Source: Macrostomum lignano (taxonomy: Eukaryota). From it: a DNA stretch of 64,000 nt. Every line of letters begins with the position of its first letter. Within the stretch, counting starts at the first letter, position 1. Below the pieces are notes generated by a model, which saw only the letters and a program-made list of their open reading frames with translations, made no database searches and was not told where the DNA came from. Location: NCBI GenBank assembly GCA_002269645.1, contig NIVC01000477.1:111021-175020 (forward strand). Reading direction: 5' to 3'. A program made the position numbers and the translations under genes. Shown here piece after piece: positions 37,311 to 49,861 of the stretch.

Positions 37311-39377
37311 CGTCATTAAAGCGCAATAATAATATGCTTAGTACATAAAGTTCCAAGAATACAAAAGGTTGAATAAAATTTCTTTATAATTACTACTGTG
37401 CCATTTTTATACAAGGCAAATAGCCAAAAATTAATCACGCGATTGGCATACTTTAAGCTCTGAACCACATAAACTATATTGCGTTCAGTTAAGTAATACA
37501 TATATTTATAATGAAAGTATATACTTATATAATTATTAACCACTGAATATAAACTGTGGGTATGAACAAGAATTCGATCAAGCAAGACACGAATAGACAA
37601 GATTAAAATTTTATAATCAGTAGGTTGTGAAACCTCAATAGATATTAAGGAACACAAGATGAGCCATTAGTCTATCGAATACTTAAACTACTTGCAATGG
37701 GCGTCTGGTAGGAGTTTTATGACTAAATTACGACTTTACGAGTTTAGTTTGTCTAGATTGTGCGCGATGCTACTCCCATTTTGTCCTCCGCTAATTTATC
37801 GATCGCCTTGGTTAGCTCAACCCCACCGCCCGGGTCTTCCACACGCGAATTCTTCTCTACCCCCGCCACCTCCATTTTATTGGTTTCCTCACCGATGTAC
37901 ATTCTCAGTTAGAGCTAGCCAATGTACATTATAATGCCTGCCCAGATAAGTTTATTAACGACCATTAAACCCAACTTTAACTGCCCTTTTTAGTTCGAAG
38001 CGTAATAAATAAAAATTTAGGTGGCCATGCGCACCTATATGTCTAAAAGAAAGTAGACTAGACGCATTTTGCAAGAAAAATTAGCGAATGGCCTTGTTTC
38101 TGTTTTTTGATATCCAGTGATAAAACCAGAATATCGAGGCAAAAACACTGAGAAGTGGCACAGAGAAAATAGAATGCGAACGAAATGCTACTCTGACGAT
38201 GCGTTACTACTGTTCAGTAGGAAAGTCAGGCATAATTTGTCAAAGAAAATTTAGAAATTTAAAGACTTAAATTTGCCTGACAGTTCTTCTGGGTCTTCAC
38301 AGCGTCGATGCTAAATTAACACACAATGCAAGTAACACATCGGAAATCATAATTAATAAAAGCGCATTTGTTTGATTTTTCTATGATCAGATTCTGAAAC
38401 AAAGACAGGTTTTTCTTTATTTAAATCAACTCTATCTAAAACATTACCTTTACACAACACGATGAGCTGGACAGATAATGCCAGCTGCAGTTGGAGGGAG
38501 ACAGACGGGGAGCGTGGGGGGACATAGGAGGTGAATCACACAAGAAGAAACAGGAAACACAGAAGAGGCAGACATGCAGAGAAGAACCATACAGTAATAA
38601 AAACTGATCAAAGAAATAAGCAGTGACGCAGACCAACAATAAAAAATGATTAATTAAAAGCAGCAAAAAGCGGAAAGCGACGCAAAAGCAGAAAAAGCAA
38701 ATACCGTATAAATATTATTGAAATTTCAAACACGGTATCGAGGCAGATGTTTTTTGGCAATAAAAAAGAGCAACAAGTGAAAGGAATTAAATGACCTTCA
38801 AATTTACCGATAGCTAACTAGTGCATCAGTAAGTCAAGCTGTACAATAACACTAAGTGATAAAGCACAAAAATACAATCCATTTGCAACTGACATTGGAA
38901 CCCGATTGAAGGAAATTGTGAGAATGTAAGAAACTGTAATATTTTTATAATTGCAATAACCTACGGTACACTTATTATACTACTAGTATTAGGCCTGAAA
39001 ATTAGTAGTATAATTACAATAATGAAGTAAACAGAAATTCGGTATTGTTGATACTTAAATAATGAACATAAATACTACAATAATATTAATAGCCTAACGA
39101 AATTTGTGATGAAATATTATTCACTACTAGTATCGTACTACCATATTATAATTTTATAAACTTTATTATTATACAATCTAGCTAGGATTTTTATATTAAA
39201 AATTATTAGCTTGAAAAATGTTCTTTTCCTCGATTTCTTTACTAAAACGATCTCCAATACCCTACTAGTAGTAGGCAAGTCGCGAATATTAGCATTATTT
39301 TTTAATAAAAAACCACGTGATTTCTCAATGTTTTACTGTATTGAAAGACTTGCAAGCGCACACGTGCAGAAAAATAT

Positions 39378-42300
39378 TTACAGTCTTTGCTCATCTGCAG
39401 CCTCGTCTTCGGCATATCCAATTAAATCTTGCAATATTCCAACGCCAGGCGACTGACTGCTGCAGCAGCAGTAGCTCGGAGCGCCGCTGGAAGATGCGCC
39501 GCTGCCGCCGCCCGCGCCGCAGACGCCACAACCGACGCGATTGCAGGCGTGAGGCGCCTGCGACACGGCCTCGGGATCGAAATTGAGCACGATTAATTTG
39601 GCATCCTCGGAGCCGTTTCTGGAGCCGGCGGCGCACACCAGGCGCGTGTCGGAGGCGCAGATGCGCCAGACGACGCCGCCGTGACCGGCTGACTCCAGGC
39701 GGAGCAGGTCGCGCACAAATTGACCAGTGGTGGCGCTCCACATTTTCACCTGAGGCAGATAATTATAATAATAGTAAATATACTTTTTATAAATAATCAG
39801 CTTTTTGGCTTTTAGCATACCAACTTTAATAATATGGCAAGTCAGATTTTTGGTTGAAATCTCAGAACCGAAATCCCAGAATCCAATCCCGGAATCCAAA
39901 TCCCAGAATCCAATCCCAGAATCCAAATCCCAGAATCCAAATTCCAGAATCCAATCCCAGAATCCAAATCCCAGAATCCAAATAGCAGAATCCAATCCCA
40001 GAATCTAATCCCAGAATCCAATCCCAGAATCCAAATCCCAGAATCCAAATCCCAGAATCCAAATCCCAGAATCCAATCCCAGAATCCAATCCCAGAATCC
40101 AATCCCAGAATCCAAATCCCAGAATCCAAATCCCAGAATCCAAATTCCAGAATCCAAATCCCAGAATCCAAATTCCAGAATCCAAATCCCAGAATCTAAT
40201 CCCAGAATCCAATCCCAGAATCTAATCTCAGAATCCAATCCCAGAATCCAAATCCCAGAATCCAAATCCCAGAATCCAATCTCAGAATCCAAATCCCAGA
40301 ATCCAATCCCAGGATCCAAATCCAGAACTCAAATCTCAGAATCCAAACTCCAAAGATCTTTAGAAATCCCATTCATAATAAAATCCCAAAATCCAAATCT
40401 TTAAGGTCTTAAGAAATCCCATCCATAATAAAATCCCAAAATCTAAATCTCTAAGATCTTCAGTATTCCCATCAATAATAAAATCCCAAATCGAAATCTG
40501 TAAGATCTTCAGAAATCCCATTCATAATAAAATCCCAAAATCTAAATCTCTAAGATCTTCAGAAATCCTATCCATAATAAAATCCCAAATCAGGCAGCTC
40601 ACCGTCCCATCATCGGATGCGGACACAATAAAATCCTGCACAATCTGCACAGAGGTGATGGCGCTCTGGTGCTTGTCCTGGCCGCCAAGACCCAGCACGT
40701 GCTGGCACTGGCCGGTGCTCAGATCCCACACTCGCAGGGTGGTGTCGGCATTGCCGCTGACCAGCCTACCATCCGGCAGCACCAGCATGCCAGCCGTCAG
40801 AGACTGATGCCCCAGCAAAGTTCGAATTAGTTGACCATCCGAACTGCGCCAAACTCGAATCGTAGTATCTAAGGAGCCGGACATAATGTACTGAGGCGTG
40901 GCCGCCAGAGTGTACACCCGGTTGATATGCTGATCTAGCACGTACTTGCAGTAGTACGGACCTCGGCTACTGGGCTCGATACACCAGACTCGGACTGTGC
41001 TGTCGTAGCTAGCGGACACCAGCTCGCTGTCCGACAGCCACTGCACCGCCCTGACCGCGGCCCGATGCCCGTGCAGTACAACTTGACAAGCCCCTGTGTG
41101 CAGATCCCACACTCTCAAGCTGGTGTCTCTAGAACCGCTAGTCACGTGACTGCCTCGGCCTGCTAAACAGCGAACTGTGCTCACGTGACCAGCTAGAGTG
41201 TGCCGACAAATGCCAGTCTTCATGCACCAGACCCGGACTGTGCGATCTGTGCTGCCAGAGACCAGCAGGTCGTCGACAATGGCGGTGGACCAGACGCCGC
41301 CAATGTGACCAGTGAGGGTTCGCACCTGCGATGGTTTACGATGCTTTCTCAGAGTTAAGAACGCCATTGTCTATCTAATCATTCATATCTATCTAATAAA
41401 CTCGATTGAAGATATTGACCAAATCTAAATATGCCGAGTTTAGTAAAGAAACTCGGTCTCAGTGTGATCACTGAAAGTATCAGATGAGGCTCTAAGCATC
41501 CCCATAAAGCATCAGATGAGGGTGTCAGCATCCCCATAAAGCATCGGATGAGGGTGTCAGCATCTCCATAAAGCATCAGATGAGGGTGTCAGCATCTCCA
41601 TAAAGCATCAGATGAGGGTGTCAGCATCTCCATAAAGCATCAGTTGAGGGTGTCAGCATATCCATAAAGCATCAGATGAGGCTCTAAGCATCCCCAAAAA
41701 GCATCAGATGAGGGTGTCAGCATCCCCATAAAGCATCAGATGAGGGTGTCAGCATCTCCATAAAGCATCAGTTGAGGCTCTAAGCATCCCCATAAAGCAT
41801 CAGATGAGGGTGTCAGCATCTCCATAAAGCATCAGTTGAGGGTGTCAGCATCTCCATAAAGCATCAGATGAGGCTCTATGCATCCCCATAAAGCATCAGT
41901 TGAGGCTCTAAGCATCCCATAAAGCATCGGATGAGGGTGTCAGCATCCCCATAAAGCATCAGATGAGGGTGTCAGCATCCCCATAAAGCATCAGATGAGG
42001 GTGTCAGCATCCCCATAAAGCATCAGATGAGGGTGTCAGCATCCCCATAAAGCATCAGATGAGGGTGTCAGCATCCCCATAAAGCATCAGATGAGGGTGT
42101 CAGCATCTCCATAAAGCATCAGTTGAGGGTGTCAGCATATCCATAAAGCATCAGATGAGGGTGTCAGGATCTCCATAAAGCATCAGATGAGGGTGTCAGC
42201 ATCTCCATAAAGCATCAGTTGAGGCTCTAAGCATCCCCATAAAGCATCAGATGAGGGTGTCAGCATCTCCATAAAGCATCAGTTGAGGGTGTCAGCATCT

Positions 42301-43472
42301 CCATAAAGCATCAGATGAGGCTCTATGCATCCCCATAAAGCATCAGTTGAGGCTCTAAGCATCCCATAAAGCCTCGGATGAGGGTGTCAGCATCTCCATA
42401 AAGCATCAGTTGAGGGTGTCAGCATCCCCATAAAGCATCAGATGAGGGTGTCAGACAGGCGGTCTCACCAGCTGCCCAGTATCCGCTCTCCACAGCCGTA
42501 TAGTAGAATCATCGCTAGCCGACACAATCAAATTGCGCCACATCTCCAAGCAGGTGATCACGTGATTATCGTGAGCAGGCAGCGTCAGCATGGAGGGCAG
42601 GGTTGCACCGGGCAGGCGGCAGGGCCCATTCACGGGTCGAGCGATTGACACTCCGCGCAGCCAGTTGCAACGCACCTGCCTAGCCCGCTGATAGGCCCGT
42701 TTGCCTCCCTGCCGGCGCCACAGATGAGGATCTTCCGCTAAGAGGCGCCAACGACGCGAGACTTGAGCGCAGACTAGCAGATCTCTTGGAGATAACTCGC
42801 CAAGAATCCTTAACGACAGCTCGGTGGGCAGGTGAGATACAAAGTCGCGCTTGAGCCGGGGCATCAGTGAGCAATGCAGGTGGATCAACTCCGGATGGGA
42901 GCATTTCGCTATCAGATTGGACAGCACGCAGAGGCGATCCTGAGGCGTCAGGGAGTCGAAAGTGTGCTCCCAGTCCGATCTGGGGGGGGGGGGGAGAATT
43001 CAGAACTAATAAATGGCTTTAACATTTGATTAATGAACTTAACTCAAAACTCTTTAATGCCAATTTAAATGCCACTATGAGATCCTGAACTGCCACTATG
43101 AGATCCTGAACTGCCAATCTGAGATCCTGAACTGCCAATCTAAGATCCTGAACTGTCACTATGAGATCCTGAACTGCCAATCTGAGATCCTGAACTGCCA
43201 CTATGAGATCCTGAACTGCCAATCTGAGATCCTGAACTGCCAATCTGAGATCCTGAACTGCTAATCTGAGATCTTGAACTGCCTATCTGAGATTCTGAAC
43301 TCCCAATCTGAGATCCCGATTCCCGAAACTGCCTATCTGAGATCCTGAACTCCCAATCTAAGATTTTAAACTGTCTATCTAAGATCCTGAATTCCGAACC
43401 TGAGATTGAAAAATGCACTTACTCAGTCTCTATCTTGAGCCTTTTCTTTTCAGGCTCATCTTCATCAGCCAT
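39378..43472 (-). CDS. FBXW7: FBXW7/SEL-10/archipelago-like F-box + WD40 protein (about 550 aa)
   Basis: Exons 43472-43423, 42979-42469, 41325-40603 and 39749-39378 (phases 2, 0, 0). D-domain plus F-box (RDFVSHLPTELSLRIL..AEDPHLW). WD40 motifs HDNHVITCL, GHIGGVWS, STVRCL, SGSRD, AAVRAV, NRVYTL, HQSAITS, GGVVWRICASDTRLVCAAGSRNG align with FBXW7. Confidence 0.93.
39870..40590. repeat. 13/14-bp array (cccagaatccaaat) grading into a 50-bp array
   Basis: Direct; last FBXW7 intron. Confidence 0.93.
41480..42455. repeat. 32-bp array (gcatcagatgagggtgtcagcatccccataaa)
   Basis: Direct. Confidence 0.96.
43070..43400. repeat. 21-bp array (gatcctgaactgccaatctga)
   Basis: Direct. Confidence 0.93.
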
Positions 43473-45277
43473 GAATATTGGCTATTGAAATTGAAAATTA
43501 CACAGCAAAATGTATATAGAAGTAGGTATATTAATTTTTACAAATTAAATTCATCATTTAAATTTCTAATCTTTATACAACATTATAAAGTTTGATAAAT
43601 ATAACATGATAATTAAAATATACAAAATATCTCTTAATGTGTAATATTTTCCTCTTATATATAATAACTATCGAAAGTACTTGCTTTTATATTAATTTTG
43701 AAATCATTAAGTATCAAAACTTTATAAAAAAGAAATAGAAAGTTTCTAGTTATTCAATAGTTTCTTACATTATTATAATAAATAAATGCTTTCTATGTTG
43801 CAACAAGCATATCTATTATCATCTTGTAAGCTTAGTCAATCTTGCATTGAGCAATTGTTATAATTAGGCCATATTTTCTTTATTTTTTCTTGGCATGAGC
43901 TTGCTTATTTGCCTTGGGCTTGGCATCAAATCTAGCAGCTTAGACTAACTGCAATAGAGCTAGTGTGACAACTAAAGGCTTTTATCTAGACCTTGATAGC
44001 TAGTGGGCTATTTAGGGTCTGCCAAACTTATTATGCTACTTAGATTAAATTTGTCATCATCTATTTGATAATATGCTCATTGTCTATAATACTGTAGGGA
44101 AAAAACATTTGGTGCACCAAATGTAGAAACTCTTAGAGGCAGCTTGGACCAGAAGGCTTCTATATACATGCTATATAGACTGCCACAGCTATTATTAGCT
44201 ACTGGTATTGAGAGAGAGCTAGGCCTACCAATCTTCTAGCATTGTTATTCCTCTCATAGGTTGGCTCTCTTACCCACTTATCTCCTCTCTAGCACCATCC
44301 AATAACACATTCAGCGAAATTCCCCCTCCAGCTCCTCAAGTGTGGCTGTCTTGGTGTGTGGCAGTCTTAGTCCTACACCTAAGCCCTACACCTTGAAGTT
44401 ATTACCCAAGATCAAGGAGCTTCACTGCTTCTCAAACTTAAATCCTATGACCTATGCCATGGTCTTGTGAATATGAATTATGAATATTGCTAGGCCTACA
44501 TGGCTACACAGTACACCTTAGGCCTATTATAATAAGCCCTTACGCCTAGTAGGCCTAGCACATCTATGCACTTCTCACATTCTCACTTTCATTTTTTAAA
44601 TTTACTTTTTAGTCTTATATAAATGATCTTTACGGTTAAAAGTTGTCTTCTATTACTACTACTGGTTCAAGAGCTCAATTTCATATATTATATCAAAACT
44701 TTAATATTTTAACAGACAGGCTCCAATAAGGCCTAACTCTACTGTGGATCAAATAATTTGGCTTGAGCCAAGCCAAGAGGTCTAATATTTGAACTCTACA
44801 AATTTAGTCTTTTATAGTCGGAATTTATAATGAAATAGACAAAATTTAAAAGATAATGCACTCTGCCCGGACACCCTAAGCCTAATTAAAAAATGAATTA
44901 AGTTGACAGAATCCATTAAAAATAGTCCAAAGAGGTTTTTTAAAAACAGAAAATGTTTTTTTTGCGCAGCTTAACAAATTTTAAGTGTTTTATCCTGAAC
45001 GTAAAAAGCTTTTTTTGTAAATTGTAATTAAATGTAACTTTATTAATTAGTTATTTAAGTGGGATACATGGAAAATTACCAAATTGTTTTATCATAAAAA
45101 CTTTCTACAATGCTATATTTTAAACATGAATCAAATCATTTTTTTCATTTCCGCGTATATTCTATACTGTTTTGCTGACATTTGAATTTAGAGAAATAGG
45201 TGTTATAGGGTTTAGTTGTTTGAAATTGGTATCCTGTTTTATACAACCATTTTTTTCCTGGTTGTTCGCTAATCAAC

Positions 45278-48200
45278 ATGGCTCAAGTCCAAATGAATCG
45301 ATCACAAGGCTATCCTTCGCAGTCGTTCGGATACCCAACTGCCCCAGTTGGATATGACGCGCGCCAGCCAAGTTACGCAGCAAGTGTCAACAGCTATGGG
45401 GCTCCAGCCGGTTATCCAGGCGTCCCACAGACACCTGGTCGCGGCTCCATTAATCCTTACGCTAGCGGACAATTTACGCGGGCTTCTACAACCGGTCCTG
45501 GACGTTCGAATTCCCGCAGCAATCTGGCGCGCCAGTCAAAGAGCTTGGGCGTATCGAAAGCGTCACTTGCTGATGAAAAAGGCGGCAAAACAAACATTCG
45601 TCAGGAGTATCACGACAAGAAGTTGCGGACCAACTTTCAATCGCCAAACTACGGTAGAGGCAGGACGCCGTTTCGGATCAGCATAGCTCTGTTCGTGGTA
45701 GGCGGGATTATCATCATGGTTGGAGTCACACTGCTGCTGCTGCGCTTCCATAACAACATCATGCTGTCGGTTGATAAGGGAGAAATTATTGGGCCAATTC
45801 TAATAGCAATCGGTGTCGGGGCCATTGCCGGCGGAGTCAAGTTCTGCTATGACGCTTATAAAATCAGCAACTCCGAGCGGCAAAAGATCAAGGTGAGCAT
45901 TAATCAGGCGCTTAGACAGGGGAACAGTGAGTGTGTCACAGTTGGCTGATTAAAAGTATATGGCGCCCCCAGTGCTGGCGCCTCTGGTGCTGGCACCCCT
46001 GGTGCTGGCGCCGCCAGTGCTGGCGTCCCTGGTGCTGGCACCCCTGGTGCTGGCACCCCTGGTGCTGGCGCCCTTGGTGCTGGCGCCCCTGGTGCTGGCA
46101 CCCCTGGTGCTGGCGCCCCCAGTGCTGGCGTCCCTGGTGCTGGCGTCCCTGGTGCTGGCGCCCCTGATGCTGGCGCCCTTGGTGCTGGCGCCCCTGGTGC
46201 TGGCACCCCTGGTGCTGGCGCCCCCAGTGCTGGCGTCCCTGGTGCTGGCGTCCCTGGTGCTGGCGCCCCTGATGCTGGCGCCCCTGGTGCTGGCGCCCCT
46301 GGTGCTGGCGCCCCTGGTGCTGGCGCCCCTGGTGCTGGCGCCCCTGATGCTGGCGCCCCTGATGCTGGCGCCCCTGGTGCTGGCGCCCCTGATGCTGGCG
46401 CCCTTGGTGCTGGCACCCCTGGTGCTGGCGCCCCTGATACTGGCGCCCCTGATGCTGGCGCCCCTGGTGCTGGCGCCCCTGATGCTGGCGCCCCTGATGC
46501 TGGCGCCCCTGATGCTGGCGCCCCGCCCGGTGCTGGCGCCCCCGCCCGGTGCTGGCGCCCCCGCCCGGTGCTGGCGCCCCCGCCCGGTGCTGGCACCCCC
46601 GCCCGGTGCTGGCGCCCCTGGTGCTAAAGCTCCTGATACTAAAGCTTCTGATGTTAAATCCCCCGGCGCTAAATCCCCTGTTGCTAGCTGACTTCTGGCT
46701 ACATCCATCGAGTATAAATAGGAAGTTTATAAAATTCTTGTGTAACAAACAAGTAAATAATAGGAACAAAAGCTTTGAAATAATTGCTATTGTTTATGAA
46801 TTAGATTTTTGGTTGTAATGCAAATTGTGTGCATATTAATATTTATTTGAGATGGCGCAATAAAATTTCAGTTCACCGCCGCCGACCAGTCTCTAATATC
46901 GGCCAGGACTATGGATTCCGCTAGGAAGTTCAAGCAGGCACCTGGGTAAGCCAATTTTGTCCTGACTTGCTTTCGTGGGCACCAAAATTATTGAAGGCTT
47001 GATTTGTTTGGCCTTTTTATAGGTTAGGCGCCTCATTTATCGTAGAAGGCGCCTCATTTATCACAGAAGGCGCCTCATTTATCGTAGAAGGCGCCTCATT
47101 TATCACAGAAGGCGCCTCATTTATCGTAGAAGGCGCCTCATTTATCACAGAAGGCGCCTCATTTATCGTAGAAGGCGCCTCATTTATCACAGAAGGCGCC
47201 TCATTTATCACAGAAGGCGCCTCATTTATCGTAGAAGGCGCCTCATTTATCACAGAAGGCGCCTCATTTATCACAGAAGGCGCCTCATTTATCGTAGAAG
47301 GCGCCTCATTTATCGTAGAAGGCGCCTTATTTATCACAGAAGGCGCCTCATTTATCGTAGAAGGCGCCTCATTTATCGTAGAAGGCGCCTCATTTATCAC
47401 AGAAGGCGCCTCATTTATCACAGAAGGCGCCTCATTTATCACAGAAGGCGCCTCATTTATCACAGAAGGCGCCTCATTTATCACAGAAGGCGCCTCATTT
47501 ATGACAGAAGGCGTCTTACTTATCGTAGAAGGCGCCTCACTTATCATAAATGGCGCCTCATTTATCGTAGAAGGCGCCTCATTTATCACAGAAGGCGCCT
47601 CATTTATCACAGAAGGCGCCTCATTTATCACAGAAGGCGCCTCATTTATCGTAGAAGGCGCCTCATTTATCACAGAAGGCGCCTCATTTATCGTAGAAGG
47701 CGCCTCATTTATCACAGAAGGCGCCTCATTTATCACAGAAGGCGCCTCATTTATCACAGAAGACGCCTCATTTATCACAGAAGACGCCTCATTTATGACA
47801 GAAGGCGTCTTACTTATCGTAGAAGGCGCCTCACTTATCATAAATGGCGTCTTATTTATCACAGAAGGCGCCTAGTTTATCATAAAAGGCGCTTCACTTA
47901 TCATAGAAGGCGCCTCATTATCATAAAAGGCGCCTCACTTATCATAGAAGGCACCTAGTTTATCATAAAAGGTGCCTCACTTATCATAGAAGGCGCCTCA
48001 TTATCATGAACTGCGCCTCATTTATCATAGAAGGCGCCTCACTTATCAAAAATGGCGCCTCATTTATCACAGAAGGCGCCTAGTTTATCATAAAAGGTGC
48101 CTCACTTATCATAGGTAGAAGGCGCCTGATTTATCATAAAAGGCGCCTCATTTTTCACAGAAGGCGCCTCAGGTATCAGAGTAGGCGCTTCATTTATCAT

Positions 48201-48456
48201 AGAAGGCGCGCCTCAATGATCAGAGTAGGCGCCTGATTTTTCATATTGGGTGGCTCTTGCAATCTGTGCTCAATTCTTCTATATCAACGTATTTACTACT
48301 CGAACATTTTCATTGTTAAATCTAAAGTACATATGCAATAATTAGTGTTTCCCCATCACTCATTATTCAAGTGAGGTACTGGTCAGTGGCACAGTGACAG
48401 CCAACGCCGTTAGCCGGACACCCCACGGTTCGATGGGGTCCTTGAACGACATCTGA
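45278..48456 (+). CDS. Two-pass membrane protein of unknown family (257 aa), Pro/Tyr/Gly-rich N-terminus
   Basis: Exons 45278-45892, 46872-46945 and 48372-48456 (phases 0, 2). Two hydrophobic helices, ISIALFVVGGIIIMVGVTLLLL and IIGPILIAIGVGAIAGGV. Confidence 0.8.
45965..46620. repeat. GC-rich 15-bp array (ggcgcccctggtgct) ending in 21-bp variants
   Basis: Direct; intronic. Confidence 0.96.
47020..48230. repeat. 21-bp array (ggcgcctcatttatcacagaa)
   Basis: Direct; intronic. Confidence 0.96.
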
Positions 48457-49269
48457 ATTTGCAATGACGGCAAATTGACAAAAATATTGTTTTTTAAAAT
48501 ACGTCCGTTTTATTCAAATATGTGCCTTCCTTTGTTTACCTGGTGACAATTCTGACCAGCAAACCATTCCAAATAGCGCAGCAATTATTGTTGCCCCTCC
48601 CTCTGATCACGAATATTTCCAAGCACATTTCTTCCTGGTGTTTCTTGGATAGCATTACTTTCGTTGTAACAAATTAATGACGAGTTCTTCTTTTACAAAA
48701 ATATTAACAATCTACACATTTTGTATTACAACCCCGCCTTGCATTCCAAGCTAAACTAAATATATAACTACTGTGCTTTACATTAATTTACTAAACATTC
48801 CCAGTTTATGTTCTATCTGGTGCTTAATTGTTGTCTTTTTTAAAAATGTCAGTAGGGAAAAATATTGCATTCGTCACGTGTTGCATCTGTGTAAAACAAA
48901 ACAATTGCTCCAACTTTCAAATTGCCTTTTTGTAAAAAAATATAGCTGGCACTCCCATCCATTTGTGCTATTCCTGATGTACTTTTGCCTAGGGAGACCT
49001 TTTGAATTCCTTATTATTGCTACTTAATTTTTACCTAATACGACGACTGTATTTTAAAAATAGTTTCAATTTTCCATTTATTGTTGTGTACTACTTAAAG
49101 TACTGTTTTGCTGGCATGCGAGACCAAAACTATTCATTAAATAAACTTTTATTTAATTTTATAATAGCATATATTGACGCAACAAATTAATTTGAGGACT
49201 TCCTGGGTTTAGCTGACTTCACAATCATTGCAATCAAAATCATTAACTGTCTGTCTGTCTATCTACTTC

Positions 49270-49514
<245 letters not shown>

Positions 49515-49861
49515 CTTCTTATATTTATGTATTGGTTAAAAACTAATAGTGGTAAACAGTAAAAAGAACGAGTATATTGTCAATACCACATTGCGTTAGA
49601 CTAGGTAGTAATTAATGATGGTATTAAGTGCATACTTTAATTATATTTTATATATATTATATATATATATTATATTTTAAAGAAATAATTTTAAAAGTAA
49701 AAAAATTATCCACGGATACGGGATCATTTTTGTTGGGTTGGGTTGGGTTGGGTCTTAATTCATATGATCAATATCAAAATCGTCTACCGAAGGAATCAAT
49801 AGATTCGATTTTCAGACAAAAAATGTCTCATAATAAGTTACAGTTAGGTTAAAAATTCCAG

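Noticed and set aside
35400-39300. Scattered short ORFs and repeated CCATAGAC motifs
   Set aside because: No splice-consistent gene model or element boundaries.
45904-47875. Collagen-, elastin- or NEAPS-like repetitive ORFs
   Set aside because: Stop-free intronic minisatellites between phase-matched exons.
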